A stretch of 64,000 nucleotides of DNA from Camelus ferus (lineage: Eukaryota), in NCBI RefSeq assembly GCF_009834535.1, contig NC_045697.1, forward strand, positions 74,526,001-74,590,000. The letters run 5' to 3'. The translations under genes were made by a program, and so were the position numbers. The notes beneath the pieces were generated by a model, which did no database searches, was not told the DNA's origin, and was given only the letters and a program-made list of their open reading frames with translations. Below are positions 12,400-26,350 of the stretch, one piece after another. How positions within the stretch are numbered: the first letter of the stretch is position 1; each line of letters begins with the position of its first letter.

Positions 12400-12560
12400 A
12401 AGTCCTCACAAGATGGGTATTATTGCCTCTATTTGATGGAGGAAGAAACTGACTTTCAAAGAGGTCAAGTGACTTGTCCAACGTCACAGAGTCAGTAAGT
12501 TGTGGAGCTGGGAATTGAAGCCCAATCTGGCTAACTCTGGAGCCCAGGTCCTTCCTGTGA
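12400..12560 (-). mobile_element. MIR SINE
   Basis: gaagaaactga..agaggtcaagtgacttgtccaacgtcacag..ggagctgggaattgaagccc. Confidence 0.8.
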
Positions 12561-15489
12561 CTTTACAAGGCTTCTTTGTCAGTTAGTTTTAAGGGTAGGA
12601 ATCATCCTGTCTTCTGGGCTCAGGGCTCACTTCTTTATTTATGAGGTCAATCTTTCTGTCCCAGGGAGAGGTTCAGACTGGTTTCCACAAAATGGGGCAA
12701 GGGAAGCCGTAACTGGAAATATCCATTACTTGATAACTATTTCCACTATTATTCTGAAAGCAAAGGACGCCGTATATCTCACTGCTAGGTTACAGGAGAT
12801 CATGAATGAGCAAAATATGAGTAGGACTGACGAGGAAGAGAAACCTGGAATAGGAACCCATCCCATTAGTTATCATTACCACTGCTGACATCAGGCCAGA
12901 AAACCTCTCAACTCAGGGGCACCACATTAGCCAATTTAAATGAGGTCCCTCAAACTCTAAGGTACCCTCCTCCCTTCCCCCCAATCACTTCACTCTGCCA
13001 GATTAGCAAGGCCATTTGTAAGGAAAGAAAAGAATCCTGGTGAATAGGCTGCCTCTGTCAACAATGAGCCTTATTCTCAGTGTCCTTTCTTCTTAGGTGC
13101 CCTGTAGAAGGTCAAGTTGTTTATCATCTATAATAACACCTCAGAATCAAATGTCAGCGACATCGACACGGGAGGATAAGCGCGCTTGTTCAAAGTGAAA
13201 CGGATGATACTGTTCAGTTTGCCGATCACACAGCACGAGGGGAGGAAGGAAGGGAACAGGAGGATGGAGCAACGTCCCTCACAAAGGGAGACGGGGGAGC
13301 CATGCCAACAGCCGTCCCTTTCCAGAACACCAAAGAAGCCATTGATACTAACTCTGTTTTGGCCTTGACATGAGACACCTGATCTCAGTTTAGAGACATT
13401 TCCACCGCAGAACTAAGCAGTCTGTCCTGACAGGGCCTCGGAGATCACACACACCCGGCCAGCCCCTCACTGGGGCGCTGGGCTCTGCTGAGTCTCCATG
13501 ACATGTGGTGCAGCTGCACCCGTCAGGGCGGCCTTCGCTGCCTCCTACAACTCTGGGGTCTTCAGGAGTTCACTGTGGAGTTTGTGATGTCAGGGTTCAC
13601 TTACTTTCGCCCTCTGGCTCCATTTTATTTGGTCACTTTTCTAGCATTAAGAAGTACCCCCCACCCCACTCCCATCAAAATGAAAGGCAGATGACAGGAA
13701 GGAGATTTTTTGCTTTGGGTTCTCCGGCAGGTGGGCAGTTGCAAGGGCTGCCTACAGTGAGGTAGGTTCTTGAGGCAGAGTGCCTTGGGGACTAGGCTCT
13801 TTGACTTTCCTTCTACATGGGGTAGGAAATTCAGTTGTCAGTTGGTAAGGAAAGATAACAAGCAAGGCGAGGTTTGTATTACAGGACCCAGTGGCACAAA
13901 GCCACAGGGGACAAGAAATAGTGGGCATGTAGCCACTGACAGGAATTTTAGTATCCTTGTCTCTCGGGGTCTGATCTCTTGATGCCCTGAGGGAAGCGAT
14001 ATACTCACCGGGAACCAGTGCTGACTAAGGCCCGGAGATTTCACTTTCAAGCTGATGGTGTCTGGGGTGAATTAATATAACACATGAAACTGCCCTCCCC
14101 TCCACCACAGTTAATTTTCTTAAAAAAAAAAACAAAAAAACCTTTCTGGAGAATGAAATGCTCAGATACTCAGTAGCTTAAAAACTAACAGTGTGAGTGT
14201 TAAGCTGGCATCCTGGGCAGGAAGCAGCTCCCTAAGATGAGAAGATGGTTAGTGTGGGCTCCAGTCATGCTCAGCCAAATAAACAGGCCTTGAACTTTCC
14301 GGCAGCTCCAGCCAAAGCCCTCACCAATGCTTTTGTTCAACTAAACTTAAGGGTGCAATTAACAATTTCCATGACTTGGGCTTCCTTGCCTTCAAGTTAC
14401 AAGACAGTAAACAAGTAGGAAAGAAAAGAGAGATGCCAACATTTCAGAAACTGTGAACTTCAAAGGAGGAGGAAGAAGTCCAACCACAGGGAAAGTGGTC
14501 AGAAATGCGATACCCTTTTTGTGAGAGCCCACAGAGACCCCAGATTGCCAAACCACTGTATCTGAGGAGGCATTGCCAGGACTGAAGCTTCCAGAAACCT
14601 TTGAATGGCTCATTTATTTTACTGGGGCTGAAGCTGTGGGGTAATTGTCAGGGAAGTCTGTGGATATGACTGATGCTCGGGCAAGCAGGCTTTCATTGTC
14701 GGCCAGGAAGCCCTCAGTAATTACCCACTGCAATGTGCCGTGCAGACCCGTGTGTGTGCGCACGTGTGTGTGCTGGGGGTGGGGTGAAGGGGGAAGGATA
14801 GCCCCCCTTGTGCTTTTAAATCCAGGCCAAGATTTGCCCCTGCTTGGTGTTTATACCACAGAGTCATCAGAGAGAGGTGAAGGCATCGAAGTTTTCTATG
14901 TGCTAAACCCTACGCTAAAGATGAATTTCCGCTCCTCCTGTAACTCAGGCCTCCCAGGGCCTCCCGACTCTAACAGGATTAGATGAACGGTAATAGCCTG
15001 GCTATCACAGGCCTCCCCCCAGCTGCATGGTCCAGAAACTCTCACCCAGTTTTGGATACTCCCCAGTGGGGTCTCGTGTGACCTCAGAGCAGCCCTCTGA
15101 CGCTCCTCTGTTCTGGGGCTCCTGGGAAGCCACCTGAGGGTGGCTGTGCCCCTCCCCAGCTCTGCACAGCTCTGGGCTTCTTCTCGACAGCCCAGATGCC
15201 AGGCCAGGAGGGCTGCCTTCCCCCCCGAGCCCCATGTCGACAAGATGCTGAGGAGCTGCGGTGCTTTCCAGAGCCCTCACGGTGTCACTTCTGTCACTTC
15301 TGTCTCCGAGGCAGCCATGAGCAAGGTCATACATACTCTTGTGAGAACATATTCCTTCTCTTCTGCCCGTGGCCTCTTCTTTCACGCAGGGCAGAGGAAA
15401 GTCCTGGGAGGCTAGGTGGAAGGATCAACCTTCTAGATGAGTGCTTCGCAAACGTTAGCATTCACTAGTGTCAGCTGAAGGCTGTGTTA

Positions 15490-15625
15490 AGCCCTTCTGG
15501 GTTTCAACCCCAGGCTTTCTGATTTAGTAAGTGTGGGGCGGGACCCAAGGTTTTACATATCTAATGAGCTCCCAGTGATGCTGATGCTGCTGGTATGAGG
15601 GCCACATTTTGAGAATCCCTGTTCT
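15490..15625. mobile_element. MER5A-like hAT-Charlie DNA transposon
   Basis: ttctgatttagtaagtgtggggcgggacccaag..gatgctgatgctgctggt..ccacattttgagaa. Confidence 0.75.
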
Positions 15626-16249
15626 AGATTAGCACCGGGCCTACCCAGGATCCCCGTCCCACTGGCTGTATTGCTGGCGGCTCCTGCCCGTCAACAGGAA
15701 TGCATATGCCTAGCTGTGTGTGGATCTTAGCAGAGGGCCCAGTTTATGTTTGAGCTGGCTACTCCAATACTATCTTAGAAGATGAGAAAATGCTGATCCT
15801 CCCATGTTTTGCTTTTAAAGCAGACATTACTTGCCTGCATTCTGGCAATTAGGATTTAACTTAGGAACTTGAAACTTGCACACATCTTATGTATGACTGG
15901 CTGACCAGCATTATTCCCGGGGTAGGGGTGGGTGGGGCTCGCTTAAATGGAACCAGCTTTCTAGCCACTGAAATTACACTCAGCCACATCACTAGACATT
16001 TACTGAGCACCTACTGAGGATACAGAAAGAGACAGGCAGGGCCCTGCTCTCTTCAGTGTGTAGTCTAGTTGAAGGGACAACTTTTAACAAATTAATCTGC
16101 AAATAGAGATGCAATTACAAATTGGGGTAAGTGTTTGAAAGAGAATGGGAGAGGGATGTTCTTCAATAGAATGATTAAGGAAGGTCTCAGCGAGGAGGGG
16201 ACATTTAAATGGATTAAAGTGACTTTTAAAATTCCTTATATGACTTACC

Positions 16250-16970
16250 TTTCAACAGCATTTGACACATCTAACATTCCTTTCTTCAACTAAACTCCAC
16301 GCTCTTGTTATGCTGATCTCTTCCTTAGCCGGTCCTTCATTAGGTGTTTTTCGGGGTCCCACCCTCAGCTTTCCTGTCTGACTAACATCTCCCAGGGTCA
16401 ATTTCACCCACACCCATAGCTTCCACCACTGCCAGTGTGCTGAAGCGTCCTGCCAGATGCTGCCCCAGCCCTTGGCTCATTTATCCAGCTTCCTTCTTGT
16501 GCCTCCATTTGGGTTGTCACCAGGCAGTTCAGCACCACAGCTGAACCCATTCTTCCCCTCGTGCCACTGTCTCCATCAGCACAGCTTGTTGGTGAAGCCT
16601 AAAACCAGGAAGCCAGCCTGGACTTCCCTTTCTTCCTTTCTGTCCCCTCACCCAAACACAGACACACTTTTTTAAAATCACTAAGTTCTGTTGACTCTAT
16701 GTCCTTAGTTTCTTCTGTCTCTAATCTTCAATGTCCATGCCCCTTGGGCCTCCTTTTGTTCAGACACTTGGTCTCCAGCCAACTCTCCATCTCCTCCTCC
16801 TCCCTCTGCCCCCACATGGACAGAAGCCTCACTGGATCACCTTTCCGCCCTCCACCCCCACCCCATCGTTCCTCCAATCAACCCTCTTCTCTGCTATAAG
16901 GGAGAGTGCCTAACATTTACAACTGATCAGATCAGGCTGCTGTTCAGAATTCATCAATGGCCTCTGCTCC
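16250..16970 (+). mobile_element. L2 LINE fragment
   Basis: Pyrimidine-rich sense L2 body (cagcatttgacaca, aatcactaagttctgttgactcta, tcaatggcct). Confidence 0.6.
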
Positions 16971-17559
16971 GGGTCCTGCTCTACACTTTAGTCCAGCTCT
17001 CTCGCAGCCCCTCGCCCCAAGTTCCCCTCCCAGAGGGACGGGCATAACTTGACCTTGTGCCCTTAACCCGTCCCTGCCTCCAATCCAGAAATCCCCTGTA
17101 CACACAGTTCGGAAGGGCCTCTGTCTGCATCCTTACACAGGCCTGGGAAGTATTCGGGGCAGGCCATTTGCCCCCTCACACTTTCCCCACCTCCCCTCAT
17201 CTGCTGGGCATTCATTTTCCTCTGCTGGCAGTGGCCCTGCTCTTCTACCCATCAGAGTAAAACTACTCCTCACTAGGTTTCAGCAACACCGTCTCCCTGC
17301 CACCCCAACGAGTCCAGGCTGCTTTCTGCATTCTTGCTGCACTTTGATGCATGGCCGTCTTCTAATTCCTGGAAGGCATTGCTGGCAGCTACTCCCTTTT
17401 TGTTGTATTTCTAGCCTTTTCTGGGCCTGTAGACACCAAGAATAAGGGAAGCTACTTCTATTAGTCAAAAAATGTATCTTGCTTGCCCAGTTTCACCACT
17501 GCATGAGAATTTAGAAAAAGCAGACACCAGCATGGGCACGTGGTGTCTTCTAACATTAA

Positions 17560-17790
17560 GAGTAACAGCTGCCCCATATATTGAGTCTGTCCTGTGTGCC
17601 AGGCACTTTAGTAAAGTGCTTCACATACCGTATTGTATTTATCTTCACTATAACCGTGAAGCACACATGATTATTAAACCCGCTTTACAAATATAGAAAC
17701 TGAGGCTCAGCACAAGGTTAAATTAAATGTCCCATGTCGCACAGCCAGGAAGGGAAAAGTCAGGGTCCCTCTAATGAGTCTCATGCCCAC
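17560..17790 (-). mobile_element. MIR SINE
   Basis: tattgag..ctgtgtgccaggcact..tttacaaatatagaaactgaggctcag. Confidence 0.8.
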
Positions 17791-18279
17791 ACTCTGTTGC
17801 AGTGTCTCATGCTGTTCTGCACGCTGCATTAGAGCAACCTGTCAGCCCAAAATGTGCAGTCACTCCTCTTCCAACCATTACCAATGCATTTAAACATAAC
17901 AAAGTATTCTTAGGGAAGAAATTCCTATAGGATCAGCCAGTAATTTTCCTTAAGGAAAGAATATAGAGCAACAGTAAAAAAACAGTTAACCTGCTAAATT
18001 TTAGCTCCAATTTCATTTAGTATGAGTGTTTGTAATAAGAGACCCATTTAAGATTTTTTTTTATAATATGATAAAATATTTATTTTCTCCCAAATCAGGG
18101 CTGCTGCTGTATTGCACACCTCCAGGGGAAACTATTGTTATTGTGGTCTATGTATGTGTTTCCATCTGGGCTTGCAGGGTACGCAGGCTTTGCAGTCATA
18201 CCTGGTAGCTCTGCTCCAATCATTTAAGGTAGTTTTTAAACTTAAAAGGCCCAAGAGAAAATTTGTTCCAAGGAATTAT

Positions 18280-18281
<2 letters not shown>

Positions 18282-18320
<39 letters not shown>
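18282..18320 (+). repeat. (TG)19 microsatellite
   Basis: Perfect dinucleotide run. Confidence 0.97.
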
Positions 18321-18323
<3 letters not shown>

Positions 18324-19249
18324 AGATGAAGCAATTAGACTGCTTCTAGAACAGAAACAGAAAGGGAGCAACAATGTAGAGAATTAAAATTTCTTCCCTC
18401 TTACCTGAGCCCACGAGTTCTCAGATAGTCAAAATACTAACTTATTAACTAATATCAATAATTAAGCAGCAGAGGAAAGATGCATCATGGCACTTACGTG
18501 TTCAGTAGCATCAGAATCATGTGCTAATCCGAGCATCAAGATATAACTCCCCCACCGAGGTGCCCCGGAAGACGTGCCATCTCCATCTGCGGCAGAATTA
18601 ACTCGCTGTGCTTTTAGGAAGTGAATGCACATTAAAGACAAATGCAAGAGAACATGTTGGCAACAGGCAGCGGCTAAAAGGGAATTTCAGCTTGCCGCTC
18701 CACACAACTGACTCAAAAGAGGATCTTTGAAATTAGGAAGTCAGAGCTAGTGGGAAAGCTTATCAAGGCAGAACCGGACAGCCCCCCACGGTTGCAGGGT
18801 AGATATTCTGTAAAGGCGCAGTGCGATAGCAGCAGCGCCTGGCCACTGCTGTGTATTTCTTCCAGCAGGCAGATGCCTGATGGCTCTCGGGACGCCAGGC
18901 CAGTAACTCCAGCAAACAGGGACTGTTTCCTCAAAGATCAGTAAGAATTGCACTGAATTCCACAGCACCCAGCTCATGGCTGTTTAACACTCAAGCAGCC
19001 CTCCCGCTGGCCCTCCTTTGAGCGTAAGCTTCTAAAAGTAAGGGCCCTATTTCCTCCTTCTTCTCCGACCCTCATCGTGTCCACTGCAAACCCGAACACT
19101 TCTTCTGTCTTGGCTAGTGAATTCTCACACAATGAATGGAAAAAGACCTCAAGCATAGAGACATCATGAAATTATGCTTTTAAGGGTGAACTAATGATGA
19201 GGTGAAAAGCTCTCCTCTGGTAGGTTAACAATAAGAAGTATAAAAATAG

Positions 19250-19430
19250 ATACCTCTATTTTTATTTGCTCTATGTGCTAAGGACTGTGTGCCTTATAAT
19301 CATTTTTGTCTTTACTCCTCACACCAAGCCTGTAAAGCAGGCGTGGATCGATCCTGTTTAACAGATAAGGAAACTGAGGCTGAAGGAGGCAGAGCAACTT
19401 GTTCAAGGTCACACATTCAGCAACTGACAA
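19250..19430 (-). mobile_element. MIR SINE
   Basis: acagataaggaaactgaggct..aacttgttcaaggtcacac. Confidence 0.8.
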
Positions 19431-19991
19431 AATGCCTAAGTTCAAAGCATAAGAACCCCACCTTGAGAGGTGGTCTCATTAGGGACAGCGCTGGCTCACA
19501 GGGAAGAATCTGGCCCAGCTTTGCTGAGCACACAGAACAACTGTAGCCTGTGCCACAAGGGTATGTCACTGCTCCCTTTTTAAATTCCTTTGGTTGTGCC
19601 AACCCTTACAACAGGGACCATGCCTACCTCTTTAATATCACCCACTGCATATCCCAGCATCCAGGCACATATCCGGTACTTAGTCAGTCAGTCATTGTTT
19701 GATGCTTTTATGTTGTGGACAGTGATTCTCTTCATTCATTCAGTAAATGCTCACTGAAGCCCACTTCTGTGCCGACGATGGACTAGTTTCTATCGGAAAT
19801 AACAAAACGAAAATGCTACTTATCTTGCCCTCAAATCTAGAAAGGGGAGTTGTACATTCATGTAGGGAAGAGGACCCCCACGCACATGTTGCCTGTTCCC
19901 TTTCCCTGTTTCTCCGCACAAAAGGAAGGAATGTTAATCTGATTGGTCTGGTTCTAGAACATTTTTTGAGCCACACTTTCTGATGGCTAGG

Positions 19992-20498
19992 TGTAATGGT
20001 TAACTTTATGTGTCAGTTTGACCAGGCCACAGGGTGCCCAACTATTTGGTGAAACACTAACCTGGGTGTACCTGTAAGTATGTTTTTGGATGAAATTAAC
20101 ATTTAAAGTGGCAGACTGAGCAAAGCAGATGGCTCTCCCTAACTTGGGGGACCTCATCCAATCAGTTGAAGGCCTGAATAGAACAAAAGGCTGACCCTCC
20201 CCCAAGTAAGAGAGAATTCTTCCTGCTTGAGGCCTTCCTGGGACATTGGCCTTTTCCTGCCTTTGGACTTGAACTGACTTTTTCTGGGTCTTGAACTTCT
20301 GGTCTTTGGACTAGAACTACATCGTTGGCTGTCCTGGATCTCCAGCTTGCCAACTCACCCTGCAGATCTTGGGACTTGCCAGCTTCCAAAATTGTGTGAA
20401 CTGTTCCTTATAATGAATAATATTTCAATCTATCTCTATCTATCTATCTCTGTCTAATCTATCTAAGACTGTTTCTCTGGAGAACCCTGACTAATGCA
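19992..20498 (+). mobile_element. Solo ERVL LTR (MLT2B-like)
   Basis: tgtaatggttaactttatgtgtcagtttgac..ctcatccaatcagttgaaggcctgaatagaacaaaaggctgacc..gtttctctggagaaccctgactaatgca. Confidence 0.9.
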
Positions 20499-23400
20499 GC
20501 AGGGCTACTGTGTCTTAAGAAGTTCACTCTTCCCTTACTTCCATTGCAAATAGTACAACTGCAAGCTGAAATAAGTCTCCTTCAGTTACTTGGCCATCTT
20601 TTGTTGTTGTTGTTCTTATCTCTTTATCTAAGCTTACTGGCCTTTTGTTTTAGTTTCCGTACCATGTGACAAACTAGAAAATGGGATTCCAAGATTTAGA
20701 TTCCGCCTCCGAGCACAGAAGATAATCCACTGGCCTTGAGTCTAAGCTATGGGCTTTAACTCAGGTTTACAAAAGCTCTGAATTGGGTAGTAATGGTCAC
20801 TGGCCTAGCCAAAGATTGGTGCTTTATTTTATACACGTTGTTATCCCTGGTGTGTAAATTTCATTTGGGAGCTTGGTGGAGAGAATAGTGATTGGCAGCG
20901 ATTTTTAGGTGCCTGTTTCTAATACCATAAAAGACTACCAAAACTTTACTACCTGACAGACTCCCTTAGCTACATCACGGAGACATAATAAGAGGTTATC
21001 ATTGAAGCACAGTCATATGCTAAGGGTCCCAAGGAAAGCGCAGTTTTCATTAGAGAGCATTGGGGAATGTATGTGCTCTTTAGGTCTCTTTTTCCAATAC
21101 TGGCTCAAGAAATGACCTTGGAATATAAAGAACATTGAGAGCTAAGCAATGCACATGATAGAGCTGGGTTAGAGTGTGCATCATTGTTGAAAAGGGACTG
21201 ATACACAACCTGGATAAGCAAGGCCAAAGACGCTGGCCATATCTGTGGCAGGAAAACAATACTTTTACTTATCTATGTAGAAATATATACCTATTCACAT
21301 GCATTCATTAATGTTCTTTCTTAATCATAATCCTTAAAGCCCACTAAATCCAAATAACTTCTTGGTTGCCTAGACAGGGTGATAAATGACATATATTTGT
21401 ACTCCATAACTAAGTCCAGACATAGCTTTTAAAAAAAATCAGGGTCGTATTCAATAACAGTCTAAATTTATACTCTAAACACCAGTACTCCAATAATCTA
21501 CTTATTTTTGTAAATATTTTTGTGTTTTAATGTGATCCTACCTTTTTAAAATGGGCACCATTCTGCCCTTATAAGGGTTTTGGGTGTATGTATTCAATTG
21601 ACTTCCCTCCTCTGCAAGGAAGAATGGCTGTGGCTCTCACACTGACGCTGCCTACTAGAACGGCCTGCAGCAGGCGGAGATCAAGAGCCTCTTTTCATCT
21701 CCCAACCATTGATTTTCTGCAAGACAAACCACAAAGCTGCTTTGAAGTCCAGGGGAGAGCTGCAAGGGAAGAGGGAGATAAAACTGAAGGAAACAGTGGA
21801 TGTGAAATAAAGTTAATCTCTGTCATCTAGGTGTAGATGGCTATTGGCAAAGCTGAAACTGCCGGATTTTATCAGAAGAGAATTCAGATTGTTCTAAAAA
21901 GAGGATATTTTAAGTTGATAAAACTGGGTTAGGTGAAGGGTAGTGTAGAAAACAAAGAGAAATCTGAAAGGATCTTGGATAAAATTTATCAAATTAGCAG
22001 AAATGGTTGCTTTTAATCAAACAGACACAAGTGTGCAGTGTACAATCTTACCACTGCTCATACAGTCTCTTCCTTTTTGAGTTATGTAAAATAGGACCAT
22101 ATATATGGATTGTAAGAGTGATTATTTTTTGTGTCAAAATTTCTTATTTAAAAACGATTGGGTAGATAAAAATTTTGTCTTGGTAGTTTTACAGAACAGT
22201 TAGGACTTTAATAAAAATTATAAACATACTACATCTGAATAATACTTTTCCTTTTGCAAGATCCTTTCCCATGAGCTTCAGCATAAGCCTGGGAGACAGG
22301 CTGGATCAGTGCTATTATCTCTATGTTATCCCTGTGTGAGAGAGCCTAAGTGAATTGCACGGGGACACACCCAGAGCAACAGTGCAGAGGCCGGAAGAAT
22401 TCAGGTCCTCTGACTCCTGGTCTCCCCCTCTTCCTGAAGGCTCCCTCTAATTTGTGGTTTCTTAAGGGTGAGAAAAACTCTCCTCCCTTCTTTTTCTGAA
22501 ACATGTACTGTTTTCCTCAGCGTGTTTTTTTTTGACAATTTACTCTTAATGCAATCGCGTTGGGATCTTGAAACATATTTCTTATTCTCAAGTTATCTGG
22601 AGATTAAATTCTGACACGGGAGACCAGGAGGCCTTACTCTGAGGACAGCCACAGTGGATGGAGGTTGAGCTTCCTAAATAGTGCTGCAAGAAGCAGGATT
22701 TACCATGATTCTGGTGGGCTTAAGGGTACTTAGTGTTGTGAAATAGAAGATCCTTGAGAAAGTTCAACCCCTCTCTCAGCCATGAACACTGAACAATTGC
22801 CAGCCAAACTGAAACCCCAGCCCACAGTTCTTCCTCATTCCAACCTTCCAAGATCTGGGTAAACAAAAATACACATGCCATCTGAGGGGAAAGGTGTCCT
22901 GGAAGAATTACGGTTTCACCTCCTTGAGATGGCTGAATCACTCCTGTGCTCTCGTGGAGCAACAAAAACATGACCTGGAGCCAAGATTTGTCAGGTCGAG
23001 GGTCTATGTTGGAAATGACAGCCTTTGGAGTTGCCAGTGGATGCTTTGTATCAGATACTTAACTGAGCATTTTGTTCAGATTCTAAGAATCATCTTTTTG
23101 TTCGTAATTAAGTATGTACCCAATAATACACTCACAAAATTTCAATAGGGCTTTAAAATAAATGCCTAGCTCAGTCAATGTCCTAGGCAGGACAAGCTAG
23201 TTAAAAGGGCTAAATAATTGTAACAATTTAATTCCTCATTAATTTATTCTTCCTGATTTAATAGAATTAATCTAGCTGACAATAATGAACTTTAATATGA
23301 ATTTTTATATACTTCACTTAATCAAAAGGGGCAGTTTTAAATTCATTTCAGAATGTCATACAATTATTAATAAGGCACTTAATGTAGTCAGCTTCTGCTT

Positions 23401-26350
23401 GAGCTATTGTCATCTCACAGGATACTTTCTGTACAAGTATGTAACATCTTGCTTTATGTAAGTTATATGTCACCACTGAAATTTTAAATAGTTGTTACAT
23501 TGCTGCATATGATTCTTGTTAAAATAACATTTCCAGAATTTATATTGAAATGCGTTGGTTAGTATGTAAATTGTTTATTAAAATCATCTCTTTTAAATTA
23601 TATTTTGCTCTTACACATACACACTTTAAAATGATTTGTGATTTACAAGTAAACATATTTTGGAAATGCCTAATCAGCACAAATTATGTCTAGTAGGTTT
23701 TGTAAAATATTAGTTAACCAGCAGCCAGATAAATATCTATAGTGTATAGTTATTTCTGAAATCTGAACTAGTCCTTCTGTATTACCTGGGATGCTGTTAT
23801 ACTTAATTCTTCCCTTACGATTCATATTAGTTAATTTAATGTAAAAAGTGGGAGGGCAATTTTTAAAAATTACCTTGTTACCAGGAAAAAACTCTTCTCA
23901 GGCTTCTTTTTCGGTACCAAATGGTGGAATAAATCACGAGGACTACCTGATAGCAACAATAAGGCATGCTGATATGAAAAAAATTATTGTTACAAACTAA
24001 ACATAGATAAGCCACAATTTAGGAAGACTATACAGTCATAGAGTTGTAGTAGCCCCAAAATAAGGTTGAAAAATGTTTTAATACTGATCAGCCTCTATCA
24101 GATTAATTTGGGAATGTACACAACTCAAACTAACCTCCCAGCTGTGAATCAATACTTTGTGATAACATTTTTTTTTCCCTCTATACAGAGGGAAACGGAT
24201 CAATCACTGGAAATGGATTCTGCTTGCTTCCCCTAGTTGTTCAGGGTAGGCTTTCATGCCAAGGCAAATCTCAGAAAGGCCTCTGCAGAGCACAGTCTAG
24301 GCCAGGTGGAAGCCAGGAGAGGACAACACTTCTGGAATAAGAACCTCCTTTGCAAACAGGAATCAGGCTCAGATTAAGGAGTTAAACTGGTCACACTGAG
24401 CATTGCATTAGATGTTTTATCCTGTAATCTTGTATTGCCATACACAATTAGTGATAATGTGTGAGTGCAGAAATTGTTTTTAATCGCACTACCCTTTAAA
24501 AAAGAAATTTTTTCCCCTGGTTGTGCATCAGTATGCAAATTATCCCCTTGTGTCATTTGGCCCCAACCCTGTAGTCATATTCCTCACATGACCTTCAGAT
24601 CTTTAATGACCCTATATGGAGTCCAAGCCAATAAATGCATGGTACATGGGATTATTAATGATCTTAAAGATAATTTTAGAAAAAGGTACACTATCTGACA
24701 AGTAATAAATTACCAGGATAGTAAGTAATAAATATAAGGATAGTTTATCTCAGGGCATAAAAATAATTTTTTTTTAAAGTTAGCAAATGACCTAAATGAC
24801 CTCTATTTCTTCTCTTTTATGATTAATAGACCTAGAAACTAGCTAACTAATCCCCTTCCTCCCTGCTAGTCCCCTTCCTCAGCTTTCCACATGTGACTGG
24901 GAGGCTGATACAAAAACTTCTCCAGTCCTTCGGTTCTGGTCCCTGGCTAAGGCATAGAAGACAAAGGTTAAAGGCCAACTTTGACCCTGTATATCAAGGA
25001 CCTGACTGGAGACAGACAATGTGGTTCTTTACCAGGGGGTTGTGTTTTCTGGGTAATGCTGTCTTGGAGGTGAAGAGGTAATGCATAGCAAGAGTTCCTG
25101 AGAACAGCGGTTCTCCCCTTAGACTGGATACTTCACTGCATTCTTTTTTTGGAAATTTTTACTTTTGAAATTGTGAATATGGAAGGGGCAGTGAGAGTGC
25201 CCAGTTTTAAGCTACTAACGTGAGATCACTGAATGGAATTGGGAAGAAATGGGCACATTCAGCTGTTCTAAGCCACCAGGATACAGTTCCAGCACACTGT
25301 AAGCCCTAAAGTACTAAATTATTTCACCCTAAAAGACTGAAAAGTATGCTAATATAGTTAAGAAAAAATTAATAATGGTAAACAAAAAAAAGTTTCCAGG
25401 GTTAATGAGAAAATCAACGCATGGATTGTCTCAGTTTTTAATACTTTGACTAGTGACCACACCATAACAGTTTTTAAGAAGAATGTAGGCCATATGTTTT
25501 TCAAAAAGTCACAGATATATATATAAAGACAGTAATAGTTTCAAAAGTTGAATCTTTTAGTATGGCAGGAAACAATATTTAGAATCTGATCTAATGCTTT
25601 AAAATGAATTTGTTATAGCTCCAAGATTAGTCTTAAGCCAAGACAGGACAGTGTTTACATCTCTACCACCTAGAGGATTAATATATAATATCAAGGATGT
25701 TGGCAATACTGTGTTTTGGTACCCATCCTTGCACTGTTGATTGGTCACCTGTGAGCATTAGGACAGAACAGTATTACTGAAATGCTGCAAACAATGCAAA
25801 CTAAAAATGGGTCCTCTGAAAGAGATGAGAAAGGATATCAAAGAATGGCAATCCAAGAGGAGACATTAGGCCTGCAAGTCACTAGTACAAGCTACAAATA
25901 TCACAATCTATCTATAGAATATGGAATTTGCCAAGATCCAAATTTAGTCGTCATGTAACAAGCACCTATCATAAGACTTAACAAGAAAATTACTCAGAAA
26001 CATATAAATACATATGACCTAAAAAAACCAACTTTTAAAATAGCTTATTTATAATGTATACTACTTCTAATATTAAACTGGTATCCAGTTTTATCTCATT
26101 TAATATTAGAAATAGTACACAATGACTCAACACCCAAAAAGAAAAATCTAAATATTATCATTTTGCTTCTATTTTTTGGCTTAATGAATGTTATCAAGGA
26201 AAACGCAGTATTTGGTTAATAGTTATATGTAGAGCCAGCATGTATACCAATGAGATGACTATTTATGACTCTTATAGAGTGAAATATCACAACCCTATGG
26301 CAGCAAGGCAACAGTCTTCTCTCCTTACAGTGGATTTCACCAGAAGAGAC

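Noticed and set aside
14645..15468. Cluster of overlapping 90-126 aa ORFs on both strands
   Set aside because: GC-rich sequence is poor in stop codons; no recognisable homology or coherent splice structure.
23874..23946. Exon-like minus-strand segment (cag|gtagtc...caag|gtaatt)
   Set aside because: Weak polypyrimidine tract, no recognisable peptide and no partner exons; at most a non-coding exon.
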